The notes under the pieces: generated by a model
Databases searched by the model: none
The model's input: the letters and a program-made list of their open reading frames with translations, nothing else
Told to the model about the DNA's origin: nothing
In this document: positions 29,896 to 38,804 of the stretch, in pieces
Numbering within the stretch: the first letter of the stretch is position 1
Layout: every line of letters starts with the position of its first letter
Position numbers and translations under genes: made by a program
NCBI GenBank assembly: GCA_002346225.1
Contig: DDYY01000079.1
Coordinates: 4,394 to 68,393, forward strand
DNA: 64,000 bases
Direction of reading: 5' to 3'
Source: Bacteroidetes bacterium UBA3022
GTDB lineage: Bacteria > Bacteroidota > Bacteroidia > Chitinophagales > BACL12

Positions 29896-31089
29896 TCAGG
29901 ATAATGCTGCTACACCTGGTAATTCCTTGCCCTCAAAGAATTCCAGCATGGCGCCGCCGCCTGTTGAAACGTAACTCACCTTATCGGCAAGGTGGAATTT
30001 GTTTACGGCAGCGACAGAATCTCCTCCTCCTACCAGCGAGTAGGCACCCTGAGCGGTCGCACGTGCTATTGCCTGAGCCACCTCTATAGTTCCTTTGCTG
30101 AACGCCTCCATTTCAAAGACCCCCATGGGGCCATTCCACATAATGGTCATAGACTGGGCAATGACAACCAGGTATTCCCGCAGAGCGGCAGGCCCAATGT
30201 CCAGGCCCATCCAACCTTCAGGAATAGCATCACTGGCAGTAGTCTGGGTTTGAGCATCTGCACTGAAAGCATCAGCCACAATACTGTCCTCCGGCAGGTA
30301 AACGCTCACACCTTTTGCTGCAGCTTTCTCCAGCAAGGACTTTGCTGTTTCCAGTCGATCCTCTTCACAAAGCGAAGCTCCTATGTTCCCACCTTTGGCC
30401 TTGTAAAAAGTGTAGGCCATTCCACCTCCAATGATAATATTATCAGCTATGTCCAGCAGTTTCTCCAGAATCATAATCTTATCGCTCACCTTGGCACCAC
30501 CAATGATGGCGGTAAAAGGCTTATCAGCATGATGCAAGACCTTGGTACCTGCAGTAACTTCACCCGCCATCAGCAATCCTGCCATTTTGTGCTTCTGATC
30601 AAAAAATTGTGCAATAATAGTGGTAGAAGCATGCGCGCGATGAGCAGTTCCAAAGGCATCATTTACATATACATCTCCCAGTGCAGCAAGCTGTTCGGCA
30701 AAAGCTACATCACCTTTGGTCTCTTCCTTGTGGAAGCGAAGGTTCTCAAGTAAGAGGACCTCTCCCGGCTGAAGTGCAGCTGCAGCCTGCTGGGCAACAG
30801 TTCCGATGCAATTCTCGGCAAATTGAACAGGCAGGTGGAGTAAGTCAGACAATCGACCGATAACATGGCGCATGGAAAAACGGTCTTCAGGACCCTCTTT
30901 GGGCCTACCTAGATGCGACATTAAAATTACCGAACCGCCATCTTCCAGAATTTTTCGGATGGTGGGCAAGGCAGCTCTCAGGCGGTTGTCATCTGTAACG
31001 GCAAGTGTTTCCTTGTCTAATGGGACATTAAAATCAACCCGGATAAGTGCTTTCTTTCCGTTAAAATCAAAATCGTTAACTGTTTGCAT
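29896..31089 (-). CDS. pgk: phosphoglycerate kinase
   Basis: Contains [16 protein letters not shown]-like [10 protein letters not shown], and [11 protein letters not shown]. Confidence 0.95.
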   Translation of the reverse strand: MQTVNDFDFNGKKALIRVDFNVPLDKETLAVTDDNRLRAALPTIRKILEDGGSVILMSHLGRPKEGPEDRFSMRHVIGRLSDLLHLPVQFAENCIGTVAQQAAAALQPGEVLLLENLRFHKEETKGDVAFAEQLAALGDVYVNDAFGTAHRAHASTTIIAQFFDQKHKMAGLLMAGEVTAGTKVLHHADKPFTAIIGGAKVSDKIMILEKLLDIADNIIIGGGMAYTFYKAKGGNIGASLCEEDRLETAKSLLEKAAAKGVSVYLPEDSIVADAFSADAQTQTTASDAIPEGWMGLDIGPAALREYLVVIAQSMTIMWNGPMGVFEMEAFSKGTIEVAQAIARATAQGAYSLVGGGDSVAAVNKFHLADKVSYVSTGGGAMLEFFEGKELPGVAALS

Positions 31090-31142
31090 AAGCAGGTTAT
31101 AAACCGGGCAGTCAGGGCTACCCGGCTAGATGAAAAATGATA

Positions 31143-32147
31143 TTACAATCCGGCAATATGGCGCATTGTCCGCACCAGCTGGCTTACATAGCTCATTTCA
31201 TTATCGTACCAGCTAACCGTTTTAACCAGTTGCTTATCTCCCACTGTTACTACTTTGGTTTGGGTAGCATCAAACAGAGAACCAAAGCTCATACCGATTA
31301 CATCGCTGCTCACAATGGGCTCTTCGGTGTAGCCAAAGCTCTCGTTGGAAGCTGCTTTCATCGCAGCATTGATTTCATCTGCGGTTACTTTTTTGTTCAA
31401 CACCACAGTCAGTTCTGTCAGCGAACCTGTAATAACAGGAACCCGCTGTGCACCACCGTCCAGCTTACCTTTCAACTCAGGTAGTACCAGACCGATTGCC
31501 TTGGCAGCTCCTGTAGAGTTCGGAATGATATTGGCAGCTGCAGCTCTTGCGCGACGGAGATCGTCTTTGCGATGAGGAGCATCCAATGTATTCTGGTCAT
31601 TGGTGTAAGCGTGCACCGTAGTCATACTACCCACTTCAATGCCATAGTTGTTTTGTAACACCTGCGCCATGGGAGCCAGACAGTTGGTAGTGCAGGATGC
31701 ACATGAAATGATGGTTTCACTGCCATCGAGAATATCGTGGTTCACGTTGAAAACCACAGTTTTAAGGTCTCCGGTAGCAGGTGCTGAGATGATCACTTTT
31801 CTGGCACCGGCTGTGATGTGTGCCTGAGCAGATTCAGCACTGGTAAAGAAGCCTGTTGCTTCTACCACTACATCTACATCATGGTTTTTCCATGGTATAT
31901 CGGCTGGGTTCTTCTGGGCATATACCCGCACTTCTTCGCCGTTTACTACTATGCTGTTGTCGGTGGCAGTAACTTCCTGACCAAAGCGGCCCTGGGCACT
32001 GTCATACTTCAACAAATGAGCCAGCGTGGCCGGAGATGTGAGGTCATTAATGGCCACTACATCAATTCCTTCCATGTTATAAATCTTGCGAAATACGAGT
32101 CGACCTATTCGGCCGAAGCCGTTGATAGCTATTTTAACTTGGTTCAT
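31143..32147 (-). CDS. gap: type I glyceraldehyde-3-phosphate dehydrogenase
   Basis: Contains INGFGRIGR, the catalytic SCTTNCLAP, and WYDNE near the C-terminus. Confidence 0.95.
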   Translation of the reverse strand: MNQVKIAINGFGRIGRLVFRKIYNMEGIDVVAINDLTSPATLAHLLKYDSAQGRFGQEVTATDNSIVVNGEEVRVYAQKNPADIPWKNHDVDVVVEATGFFTSAESAQAHITAGARKVIISAPATGDLKTVVFNVNHDILDGSETIISCASCTTNCLAPMAQVLQNNYGIEVGSMTTVHAYTNDQNTLDAPHRKDDLRRARAAAANIIPNSTGAAKAIGLVLPELKGKLDGGAQRVPVITGSLTELTVVLNKKVTADEINAAMKAASNESFGYTEEPIVSSDVIGMSFGSLFDATQTKVVTVGDKQLVKTVSWYDNEMSYVSQLVRTMRHIAGL

Positions 32148-32212
32148 ACCTGCAAAAATACATGGTTAGATGCTTATACTTTGCAGAACCTAAGAAAATT
32201 TTTCCCGAAATG

Positions 32213-32243
32213 TTTATGAAAAATAGGAAATCATCTATCTTTG
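32213..32243 (+). promoter_or_regulatory. candidate Bacteroidota-type promoter for tRNA-Glu
   Basis: TATCTTTG (32236-32243) matches the TAnnTTTG -7 consensus. TTTA (32213-32216) lies 19 nt upstream in the -33 position. The tRNA starts 23 nt downstream of the -7 element. Confidence 0.35.
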
Positions 32244-32265
32244 CCGTCGCTTTAGTAAAAAAGCT

Positions 32266-32337
32266 GGCCCGTTCGTCTAACGGTTAGGACGTAAGATTTT
32301 CATTCTTGAAATAGGGGTTCGATTCCCCTACGGGCTA
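32266..32337 (+). tRNA. tRNA-Glu (anticodon UUC)
   Basis: Hand-folded cloverleaf. Acceptor GGCCCGT/ACGGGCT (G1-U72 wobble), D arm GTCT-AACGGTTA-GGAC, anticodon arm TAAGA-TTTTCAT-TCTTG with TTC in the centre, T arm AGGGG-TTCGATT-CCCCT, discriminator A. No CCA is encoded. Confidence 0.9.
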
Positions 32338-32338
32338 C

Positions 32339-32409
32339 TAAAGAGTTGGAGTGCATAGTGTTGAGTTAACAGTTCTATGCACTTATAATTCCAACTCCAA
32401 CCACACACC
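32339..32409 (+). repeat. direct repeat copy A (long form), starting 2 nt after the tRNA-Glu 3' end
   Basis: Hand alignment against copy B: block 1 (32339-32354) matches 32778-32793 at 15/16. Block 2 (32376-32409) matches 32794-32827 at 28/34, ungapped. Copy A carries 21 extra nt (32355-32375) between the blocks. Confidence 0.65.
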
Positions 32410-32432
32410 TTCTACCTGTTAATCTGGCAGGT

Positions 32433-32780
32433 ATGTTCGATTTCGAAAAATTACTCGTGTATCAAAAAGCAAAACTGTTCCAACAGGGAATTAAGCCATT
32501 GGTGGAACAAGTCATGCCGAAGGACAGGATTTTAGCCAATCAACTTAGAAGAGCTGCTTTGAGCATTCCTTTAAACATCGCTGAAAGCACAGGACGTTTC
32601 ACTAAACCAGATAAGCGCAATTTTTTCATCATTGCTCGAGGCTCCGTCGTGGAGTGTGCTGCTATCTTTGATATTATGCATGATGAAAATACTCTTGATG
32701 ATAAAACCTTTCAACATCTAATGGGAAGTGCCGCCGAACTTTCAAAGATGTTATATGGTTTGATAAAAAGTCTGAGTTAA
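32433..32780 (+). CDS. four-helix-bundle protein (23S rRNA intervening-sequence protein / Avd-like family)
   Basis: 115 aa. FEKLLVYQKAKLF...LANQLRRAALSIPLNIAESTGRFTKPDKRNFFIIARGSVVECAAIFDI is the characteristic pattern of this family. Confidence 0.8.
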   Translation: MFDFEKLLVYQKAKLFQQGIKPLVEQVMPKDRILANQLRRAALSIPLNIAESTGRFTKPDKRNFFIIARGSVVECAAIFDIMHDENTLDDKTFQHLMGSAAELSKMLYGLIKSLS

Positions 32781-32827
32781 AGAGTTGGAATGCTATGCAC
32801 TCATAACTCTAACTCAAACTACACAAC
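32778..32827 (+). repeat. direct repeat copy B (short form), starting at the stop codon of the four-helix-bundle gene
   Basis: See copy A. The sequence is TAAAGAGTTGGAATGC + TATGCACTCATAACTCTAACTCAAACTACACAAC. Confidence 0.65.
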
Positions 32828-32829
32828 AT

Positions 32830-32856
32830 GCACTCCAAAACCAGAGTGCTTTTTTT
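32830..32856 (+). terminator. candidate intrinsic terminator abutting the GIY-YIG start codon
   Basis: GCACTC (32830-32835), loop CAAAACCA, GAGTGC (32844-32849), then TTTTTTT (32850-32856). The stem is only 6 bp. Confidence 0.4.
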
Positions 32857-33114
32857 ATGCCCACTATTTTCGTTTACGCCCTCAAAAACACTTTGAACGA
32901 CGAAGTGTATGTCGGCATATCAGCAGATCCAGTCAGAAGATTGGCAGAACATAATAAAGGGAAAAACAGATACACCAAGGCTTTCCTACCCTGGGAAATT
33001 TTCTTCATGGAAGAACAGCCCGATTATAATGCCGCCAGCATACGCGAAAAGTATTTCAAGACTGCTGCCGGTAAAAGATGGTTGAATAATCTTTGGGTTG
33101 AAAGGCACGAGTGA
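32857..33114 (+). CDS. small stand-alone GIY-YIG nuclease-domain protein
   Basis: MPTIFVYALKNTLNDEVYVGISADPVRRLAEHNKGKNRYT matches the GIY...YVG...R..EHN pattern. I chose the ATG at 32857. The track's TTG at 32785 would read through repeat B and the hairpin. Confidence 0.72.
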   Translation: MPTIFVYALKNTLNDEVYVGISADPVRRLAEHNKGKNRYTKAFLPWEIFFMEEQPDYNAASIREKYFKTAAGKRWLNNLWVERHE

Positions 33115-33281
33115 TGAATAGCTGCCATAACCATGTCTTTCAAATTAAATGAGATGTCCCGGAAGACAAAAAGAATAAACTTCCTGCACTGAAAGTGAGA
33201 TCAGAATTCACCCCTTCGGCAAAAGCGCATAGCTAATAGTCAACACCGTATTGACAAATGCTCCGCCCTTAAATCTGCACG

Positions 33282-34451
33282 TCAGCCAAACATGCCTCTT
33301 ATCTTATCAACAAAGCTTTTTTCTTTGCGGGTCTCTCCTTCATCGGGTTGAAAATTACCGGACTTCCGCAATTGCTCCATTATCTTTTTCTCCTCACTGC
33401 TCAGGTGTCTGGGCACCCAGACATTTACCTGAATGATCTGGTCGCCGTTGCCATATGTATTCAAGGAAGGGAGGCCTTTGCCTTTGAGACGCATGATATG
33501 CCCGCTCTGAGTTCCTTCGGGTATTTTTACCCTTACCTTACCGCCAATAGAAGGAACTTCCACTTGTGTGCCCAGAGCAGCATCTGCTATATTCAAATAT
33601 AAATTATACAATACATGTTGCCCTTCGCGCTTTAAATCAGCGTGTGGTACTTCCTCAATAGATATAAGCAAATCGCCATTCGGTCCGCCCTGCTCACCTG
33701 CATTCCCTTTCCCACTCATGGACAGCTCAACACCGTCTGTAACACCGGCTGGGATATCGAGGGTAATAGTATCCTCTCCGTAAACGCGTCCTTCACCATG
33801 ACACTTGGTACAATTCGCGGTAATAGTTTGTCCTGAGCCATTGCAAGTGGGACAGGTTTGGGTGGTCTGCATCTGGCCGAGAATGGTATTCGCTACCCTG
33901 CGCACAGCTCCCTGTCCACCACAGGTTTTACAGGTACTTACCGAGTTGCTGTCTTTTGCCCCACTGCCTCCGCAGGTATCACATGGCACATACTTTTTTA
34001 CTTTGATGGTTTTCTTGGCGCCATCGGCTATTTCTTCGAGTGTGAGCTTTACTTTAATACGGATATTACTGCCACGCTTACCGCGGCTTCGCTGACCGCC
34101 GCCGCTTCTGCCACGACCACCGCCACCAAAAAATGAATCGAAAATGGAATCCCCGAAAATATCCCCGAACTGACTGAATATGTCATCCATATTCATGTTG
34201 CCACCACCGCCAAATCCACCGGAGCCGCTCATGCCTGCATGTCCAAATTGATCGTAGCGTTGCTTTTTCTCCGCGTTGCTCAGGACATCGTATGCTTCAG
34301 CTGCCTCCTTGAATTTTTCTTCAGCAGCTTTATCACCCGGGTTTTTATCGGGGTGATATTTTAATGCCATTTTCCGGTAAGCCTTCTTGATTTCATCAGC
34401 AGAAGCTTGCTTACTTACACCTAGTATTTCGTAAAAATCTTTTTTAGCCAT
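33282..34451 (-). CDS. dnaJ: molecular chaperone DnaJ
   Basis: J domain DFYEILGV...YHPDKN and a G/F-rich linker. Four CxxCxGxG zinc-finger repeats are present: [32 protein letters not shown]. Confidence 0.95.
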   Translation of the reverse strand: MAKKDFYEILGVSKQASADEIKKAYRKMALKYHPDKNPGDKAAEEKFKEAAEAYDVLSNAEKKQRYDQFGHAGMSGSGGFGGGGNMNMDDIFSQFGDIFGDSIFDSFFGGGGRGRSGGGQRSRGKRGSNIRIKVKLTLEEIADGAKKTIKVKKYVPCDTCGGSGAKDSNSVSTCKTCGGQGAVRRVANTILGQMQTTQTCPTCNGSGQTITANCTKCHGEGRVYGEDTITLDIPAGVTDGVELSMSGKGNAGEQGGPNGDLLISIEEVPHADLKREGQHVLYNLYLNIADAALGTQVEVPSIGGKVRVKIPEGTQSGHIMRLKGKGLPSLNTYGNGDQIIQVNVWVPRHLSSEEKKIMEQLRKSGNFQPDEGETRKEKSFVDKIRGMFG

Positions 34452-34466
34452 TATTGTACCTCAGCC

Positions 34467-35015
34467 TCATTTGCCAACCACCACTTTCGAATAGCGGATA
34501 ATTTTATCATTTAAAGTATAGCCCTTCTCTATTACATCTACCACCTTGCCTTTCATTTCTTTCCCTGCATCCAATTCAGTCACTGCTTCCATGGTTTCCG
34601 CATCAAAGGGCAACCCTTGCGCCTCCATGGCCTTAAGTCCTTTTTGTACTGTTACATGACGCAGTTTTTCGGTTATCAGTTCAAGACCCTGCTTGAGGGC
34701 ATCGATATCTGTGGCTTTGGTAATAACCTGATCCGCCCTTTCCACATCGTCTAAGACAGGAAGCAGATCGTTGATTATATCCTGCCCGGCCGTCTTAATG
34801 ATATCCAGGCGTTCCTTTGCGGTGCGGCGCTTGTAGTTGTCGAATTCGGCCAGCAACCGAATGAACTTTTCCTTTTGTTCCGCCAGTTCCTGCTGCAATT
34901 TTTCGATGGCCTCCTCCTGCTCAGTTGCTTCAGACTCCTCCGCATTCATTTTCGGAGCCGTTTCTGTAGCTTCTTGCACCTCGTCTTCATGAGGTGCTTC
35001 TTTCTTCTTGGACAT
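34467..35015 (-). CDS. grpE: nucleotide exchange factor GrpE
   Basis: Acidic N-terminus, a coiled coil containing AEFDNYKRR, and a C-terminal beta domain. It lies directly upstream of dnaJ. Confidence 0.9.
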   Translation of the reverse strand: MSKKKEAPHEDEVQEATETAPKMNAEESEATEQEEAIEKLQQELAEQKEKFIRLLAEFDNYKRRTAKERLDIIKTAGQDIINDLLPVLDDVERADQVITKATDIDALKQGLELITEKLRHVTVQKGLKAMEAQGLPFDAETMEAVTELDAGKEMKGKVVDVIEKGYTLNDKIIRYSKVVVGK

Positions 35016-35102
35016 GCTTTCCTACCTTTTGTGATTTATAAATTAAATGCGAAGGAGCAAAAATATTGCCACAGCACCTAAATATGCCAATTTGACACTC
35101 AA

Positions 35103-35657
35103 TTAGCGAATCTCGCAGCGCTCCAGGAGTTTTTCGAGGTCTCTTATCAAAATATTCTTCTCGATAATTTGGCCATCCCCGTCCAGCAGAAAATACTTGG
35201 GCAGGGTATTGACCATGTAATCGATGGACGCAGGTGCATCCCACTTGCGGGTATCGCAGAATTGCTGAGGCCATGACATCCTATCGTTTTTCAGCACTTT
35301 GAGCCAGTTGTTTACATTGTCTTCCAGGGCAATGCTGTATATGGTAAAGCCGGAACCGTTTTTAAATCTGCTATCCTTAAAATCCAGATACAAACGCTCC
35401 ATTTCAAAGTGGTCGGCTCTGCAGGAGTTGCAAGTGGATGACCAGAATTCTATCAAGACATACTGGCCTTTCAGCGAAGAGAGGGGGACACAATCACCCT
35501 CTACAGCGTCGCAAACGATTTCCGGTGCCTGATTGCCGATATTGGCGCCTGCTTTAGCCGGCTGCGATGTGCTACAAGAATAACTGCTGCATATTACCAA
35601 GATGGCAACCGTCCATTCCCATTTGAAAAATCTCTTCAAGTTCACCCTTTTTTTCAA
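35103..35657 (-). CDS. TlpA-like thiol:disulfide oxidoreductase (thioredoxin fold), secreted or lipoprotein
   Basis: Has a signal sequence with Cys. The block GQYVLIEFWSSTCNSCRADH contains an intact CxxC motif. Confidence 0.7.
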   Translation of the reverse strand: MKKRVNLKRFFKWEWTVAILVICSSYSCSTSQPAKAGANIGNQAPEIVCDAVEGDCVPLSSLKGQYVLIEFWSSTCNSCRADHFEMERLYLDFKDSRFKNGSGFTIYSIALEDNVNNWLKVLKNDRMSWPQQFCDTRKWDAPASIDYMVNTLPKYFLLDGDGQIIEKNILIRDLEKLLERCEIR

Positions 35658-35680
35658 TCAATGACGGCTGCCCGATGGGC

Positions 35681-36994
35681 TCAGGTTGCACTGATGCGTT
35701 GGATATTTGCTCCTAATGCTTGCAGACGCGTATCTATCTGTTGATAACCTCTGTCAATTTGTTCAATATTGCGGATAATGCTGGTACCATTGGCGGAAAG
35801 GGCAGCAATAAGCAGGGAAACACCTGCCCGGATATCGGGCGAGCTCATTTCCAGTCCTCTGAGTGCATATTTCCGATCCAATCCGATGACGGTGGCACGG
35901 TGGGGATCGCATAAAATGATTTGTGCGCCCATATCTATCAGCTTATCTACGAAGAAGAGCCGGCTTTCAAACATTTTTTGATGTACCAGAACAGAGCCTC
36001 GGGCCTGTGTAGCTACCACCAGTATGATACTCAGCAAATCGGGGGTAAATCCCGGCCACGGAGCGTCAGCAATGGTCATGATAGAACCGTCAATAAAGGT
36101 CTGAATCTCGTAATGAGCCTGCGCGGGAATAAATAAATCATCGCCACGACGCTCCATTTGTATGCCGAGCTTGCCAAATACATCCGGAATCAATCCCAGT
36201 TGATCGTAGGCAACATCTTTAATGGTGAGTTCACTGGAGGTCATGGCAGCCAGTCCGATAAAACTGCCTATTTCAATCATATCCGGCAACATCCTGTGGG
36301 TAGTGCCTCCCAGCTGGTCAACTCCTTCAATGGTGAGCAGGTTGCTGCCTATGCCGCCGATTTTAGCCCCCATGCGGACCAGCATCCGACAGAGCTGCTG
36401 CAAATAGGGCTCGCATGCAGCATTATATATGGTTGTTGTGCCTTTAGCCAACACTGCTGCCATTACAATGTTGGCAGTGCCGGTCACTGAAGCTTCGTCC
36501 AGCAGGATATAAGTACCCTGCAAGTGGGAAGCGTCTATGGTGTAGAAAGCATCTTCGGTATCGTAATTGAAGCGGGCACCCAGCTTTTCAAAGCCGAGGA
36601 AGTGGGTATCCAGACGCCGCCTGCCAATTTTATCTCCTCCGGGTTTGGGGAGACTGGCTTTTTTAAAACGCGCCAGCAAAGGACCTAAAATCATCACGGA
36701 ACCTCTCAGTCGTCTGCTTTTTTCCTTAAACGCTGCCGATTGCAAAAAATCAATATCCACATTGGCCGCCTTGAAGATGCAGGTATCGCGACTTACGCGG
36801 TTTACCTCCACTCCGAGATCTCCTAACAAGTCTATGAGTAGATTGACATCCCGAATATCGGGGATATTGGATATTTCAACTGTTTCTCCTGTCAATAAGA
36901 CAGCACATAGAATCTGAAGGGCTTCATTTTTGGCACCTTGTGGTACTATGGATCCACTCAAAGGTGCACCGCCTTTAATCTCAAAAGCCTCCAT
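35681..36994 (-). CDS. murA: UDP-N-acetylglucosamine 1-carboxyvinyltransferase
   Basis: IKGGAPLSGSIVPQGAKNEALQIL and overall EPSP-synthase-fold motifs. The active-site loop reads LPKPGGDKIGRRRLDTH, with Asp121 where E. coli has Cys115. Confidence 0.93.
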   Translation of the reverse strand: MEAFEIKGGAPLSGSIVPQGAKNEALQILCAVLLTGETVEISNIPDIRDVNLLIDLLGDLGVEVNRVSRDTCIFKAANVDIDFLQSAAFKEKSRRLRGSVMILGPLLARFKKASLPKPGGDKIGRRRLDTHFLGFEKLGARFNYDTEDAFYTIDASHLQGTYILLDEASVTGTANIVMAAVLAKGTTTIYNAACEPYLQQLCRMLVRMGAKIGGIGSNLLTIEGVDQLGGTTHRMLPDMIEIGSFIGLAAMTSSELTIKDVAYDQLGLIPDVFGKLGIQMERRGDDLFIPAQAHYEIQTFIDGSIMTIADAPWPGFTPDLLSIILVVATQARGSVLVHQKMFESRLFFVDKLIDMGAQIILCDPHRATVIGLDRKYALRGLEMSSPDIRAGVSLLIAALSANGTSIIRNIEQIDRGYQQIDTRLQALGANIQRISAT

Positions 36995-37665
36995 TACCTG
37001 TTGCGCTTGTAGTTCCTGTTCTTACCTTGCTTGTAGTTGCGGTTCTGCTGATAACGACCGCCCTGTCTTTGCTGCGTTCCCGGTTGCGGTTGACTGCCTT
37101 GCTTGGTGCGGTTGGCTTTGGACAAAGTATCCAGGTTGGCCATGTCTTCCAGCTGCAACTGGCCTTTAGAAAGGAACTCGATGTCCATGCGAATCTGCTC
37201 ATCGCTTACATTCTCCTGATTCCAGTTCTGGTAAACCAGTTTCATATAATTACCGATCACCTCGGTGTAAGCAGCTTTTTTGTCAGGGTCTTCCATCTCA
37301 ATGGCCTTCCTAATCATCGCTTCCACATATTTCCCGTAGTGGCGGAAGTGTACCTTTTCCCGGGGGTAGGTCATCTGCAGGTTTTTCCTGCGCAGCGCTT
37401 CACGGTCGGGAATCGGATAGGGAGAATCGGCCTCCAGTTTGAAGTCAGATATCATGAAAATATGATCCCACAACTTATGCCGGTAGTCTTCCACATTGCG
37501 CAAAGCAGGGTTAAGTATCCCCATCAGCTCGATGATGTCCTGCACCAGCTCTTTTCGTTTTTCGCGGTCTTCTGTTTCTGTAGCCATCTGGACGAGATAC
37601 TGGATGTTGCGCCCATATTCTTTCATAATGAGCTTCTCTCTCGTCGAATTATAATTGTATCCCAT
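36994..37665 (-). CDS. DUF4290-like protein with a basic Q/R/N-rich tail
   Basis: 223 aa with the N-terminus YNSTREKLIMKEYGRNIQYLV. From memory this family sits upstream of murA in Bacteroidota. There is a 1-nt overlap with the murA start. Confidence 0.65.
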   Translation of the reverse strand: MGYNYNSTREKLIMKEYGRNIQYLVQMATETEDREKRKELVQDIIELMGILNPALRNVEDYRHKLWDHIFMISDFKLEADSPYPIPDREALRRKNLQMTYPREKVHFRHYGKYVEAMIRKAIEMEDPDKKAAYTEVIGNYMKLVYQNWNQENVSDEQIRMDIEFLSKGQLQLEDMANLDTLSKANRTKQGSQPQPGTQQRQGGRYQQNRNYKQGKNRNYKRNR

Positions 37666-37708
37666 AATCTATTGTACAAAAGTACTTGAAATATTGTGCC
37701 TTGAAGGT

Positions 37709-37733
37709 AAAAAAAAGCGGGCAGTGGCCCGCT
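37709..37733 (-). terminator. intrinsic terminator after the ECF sigma operon
   Basis: The minus strand has AGCGGGC-CACT-GCCCGCT (37716-37733) followed by a run of 8 T (37709-37716). It starts 7 nt past the stop of the 37740-38231 gene. Confidence 0.72.
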
Positions 37734-37739
37734 ATGCTA

Positions 37740-38231
37740 TTAATGTTGATATCTAAGGTCCTCTGACGGGCCCCTGCGTTCTCCGGGAGGGGGAGCTCCC
37801 GGGCCATCTCTCCGATCCCGGACATGCTGCAGAAGTTCCCGCCGGAATGCTTCTTCCGCTGTCGAAAGCTGCCAAACCTTTTGCAGCGGCAGCACTGTCT
37901 TAAATTTTTGCAAATAAGCCTTCTTGATATTCAGCATTGCCTGCTCATTTTCTAATTGTGCGTTTAAAAGCTGTTCCAGCTCCGCATCGCTCATGGTTGC
38001 CGGATCTTTCTTATCCAGCCGTTCCTTGAACTTATCCATTTCTGCTTTACCGGCAGCACGCATTTCATTGTAAACCGGCCAGAATTTCTCCGACTCCGCC
38101 GGGGTAAGTTCGAGGTACTTAGTCAGAAAGGCAATTCGCAGTGCTGCGGTTCTGTCGTCTTCCTTATGTGGCTGAGCATTGACGCTCCATGTCAACATAA
38201 CCATCACCCATAAAATAATTAATTTTTTCAT
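37740..38231 (-). CDS. periplasmic helical protein (Spy/CpxP-like), third gene of the ECF sigma operon
   Basis: Has a signal peptide, helical repeats of the LTPAESEKFWPVYNEM type, and a Pro/Arg-rich tail. Confidence 0.5.
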   Translation of the reverse strand: MKKLIILWVMVMLTWSVNAQPHKEDDRTAALRIAFLTKYLELTPAESEKFWPVYNEMRAAGKAEMDKFKERLDKKDPATMSDAELEQLLNAQLENEQAMLNIKKAYLQKFKTVLPLQKVWQLSTAEEAFRRELLQHVRDRRDGPGAPPPGERRGPSEDLRYQH

Positions 38232-38243
38232 ATTACTACATTT

Positions 38244-38771
38244 TTATATTCCAAAAGGGTCTTCCAGCAGCTCCAGCAATTCTGTTTCGCTCAGACTGTC
38301 CAGAAGGCTGTTATCAAAAAAGTCAGATTCAGTTGTTTCGGCCTCTATATCATCCTCCGCATCATAAGCGGCTTCCAGCAATTGTGTATCATCCAGGGGA
38401 GAGTAGTCATCCACCAGCCCATTCAGCACCAGCTCTTCTGCCGACAAGTCATCTATTTCATTTTCAATGATGGTCAGCAGTTCTGCTTCATTCAGGGCAG
38501 CCAGCTGCTTTTCAAAGCTGGGTGCTGTCAATTCCCGGCTATTCAGGATAAAAACAGTCCCTACAGTTACCAGCAAAATAGCTGCAGCTGCCCAATACAA
38601 GTAAGTTCTGATGCTGCGTACTTTTCCGTTCCGCACCCGTTGCTGGATGGTAGCCTCCAACCGGGGGAAATATCCTTCAGGTACCGACCTCGCACTATCT
38701 TCCAGCAAGGATGATAAACCGGGCGCCAGTTTTTCTAATTCTTCGCTGATATCTGAAGGCTTTTTCTGCAT
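38244..38771 (-). CDS. putative anti-sigma factor, single-pass membrane protein
   Basis: One TM segment (YLYWAAAAILLVTVGTVFIL) and an acidic C-terminal domain. The call is positional, being directly downstream of the ECF sigma gene. No zf-HC2 motif was seen. Confidence 0.4.
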   Translation of the reverse strand: MQKKPSDISEELEKLAPGLSSLLEDSARSVPEGYFPRLEATIQQRVRNGKVRSIRTYLYWAAAAILLVTVGTVFILNSRELTAPSFEKQLAALNEAELLTIIENEIDDLSAEELVLNGLVDDYSPLDDTQLLEAAYDAEDDIEAETTESDFFDNSLLDSLSETELLELLEDPFGI

Positions 38772-38804
38772 CTTGTATATAGGATGTTATTGGCATGAAA
38801 AGGT

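Noticed and set aside
32433-32780. Four-helix-bundle protein as the Avd component of a diversity-generating retroelement.
   Set aside because: There is no reverse transcriptase gene in the window. I see no template/variable repeat pair with adenine-specific differences. The flanking repeats differ at mixed base positions.
32343-32827. Repeat cores GTTGGAG / TCCAAC resemble integron attC core sites (GTTRRRY / RYYYAAC), suggesting gene cassettes.
   Set aside because: The order is reversed: GTT... lies 5' and ...AAC 3' on either strand, whereas attC has RYYYAAC first. Each core matches only 6/7. No intI integrase or attI is present.
32785-32856. Longer GIY-YIG ORF starting at TTG 32785.
   Set aside because: It would translate repeat B and the hairpin plus T7 tract. 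The GIY-YIG domain begins right at the ATG at 32857.
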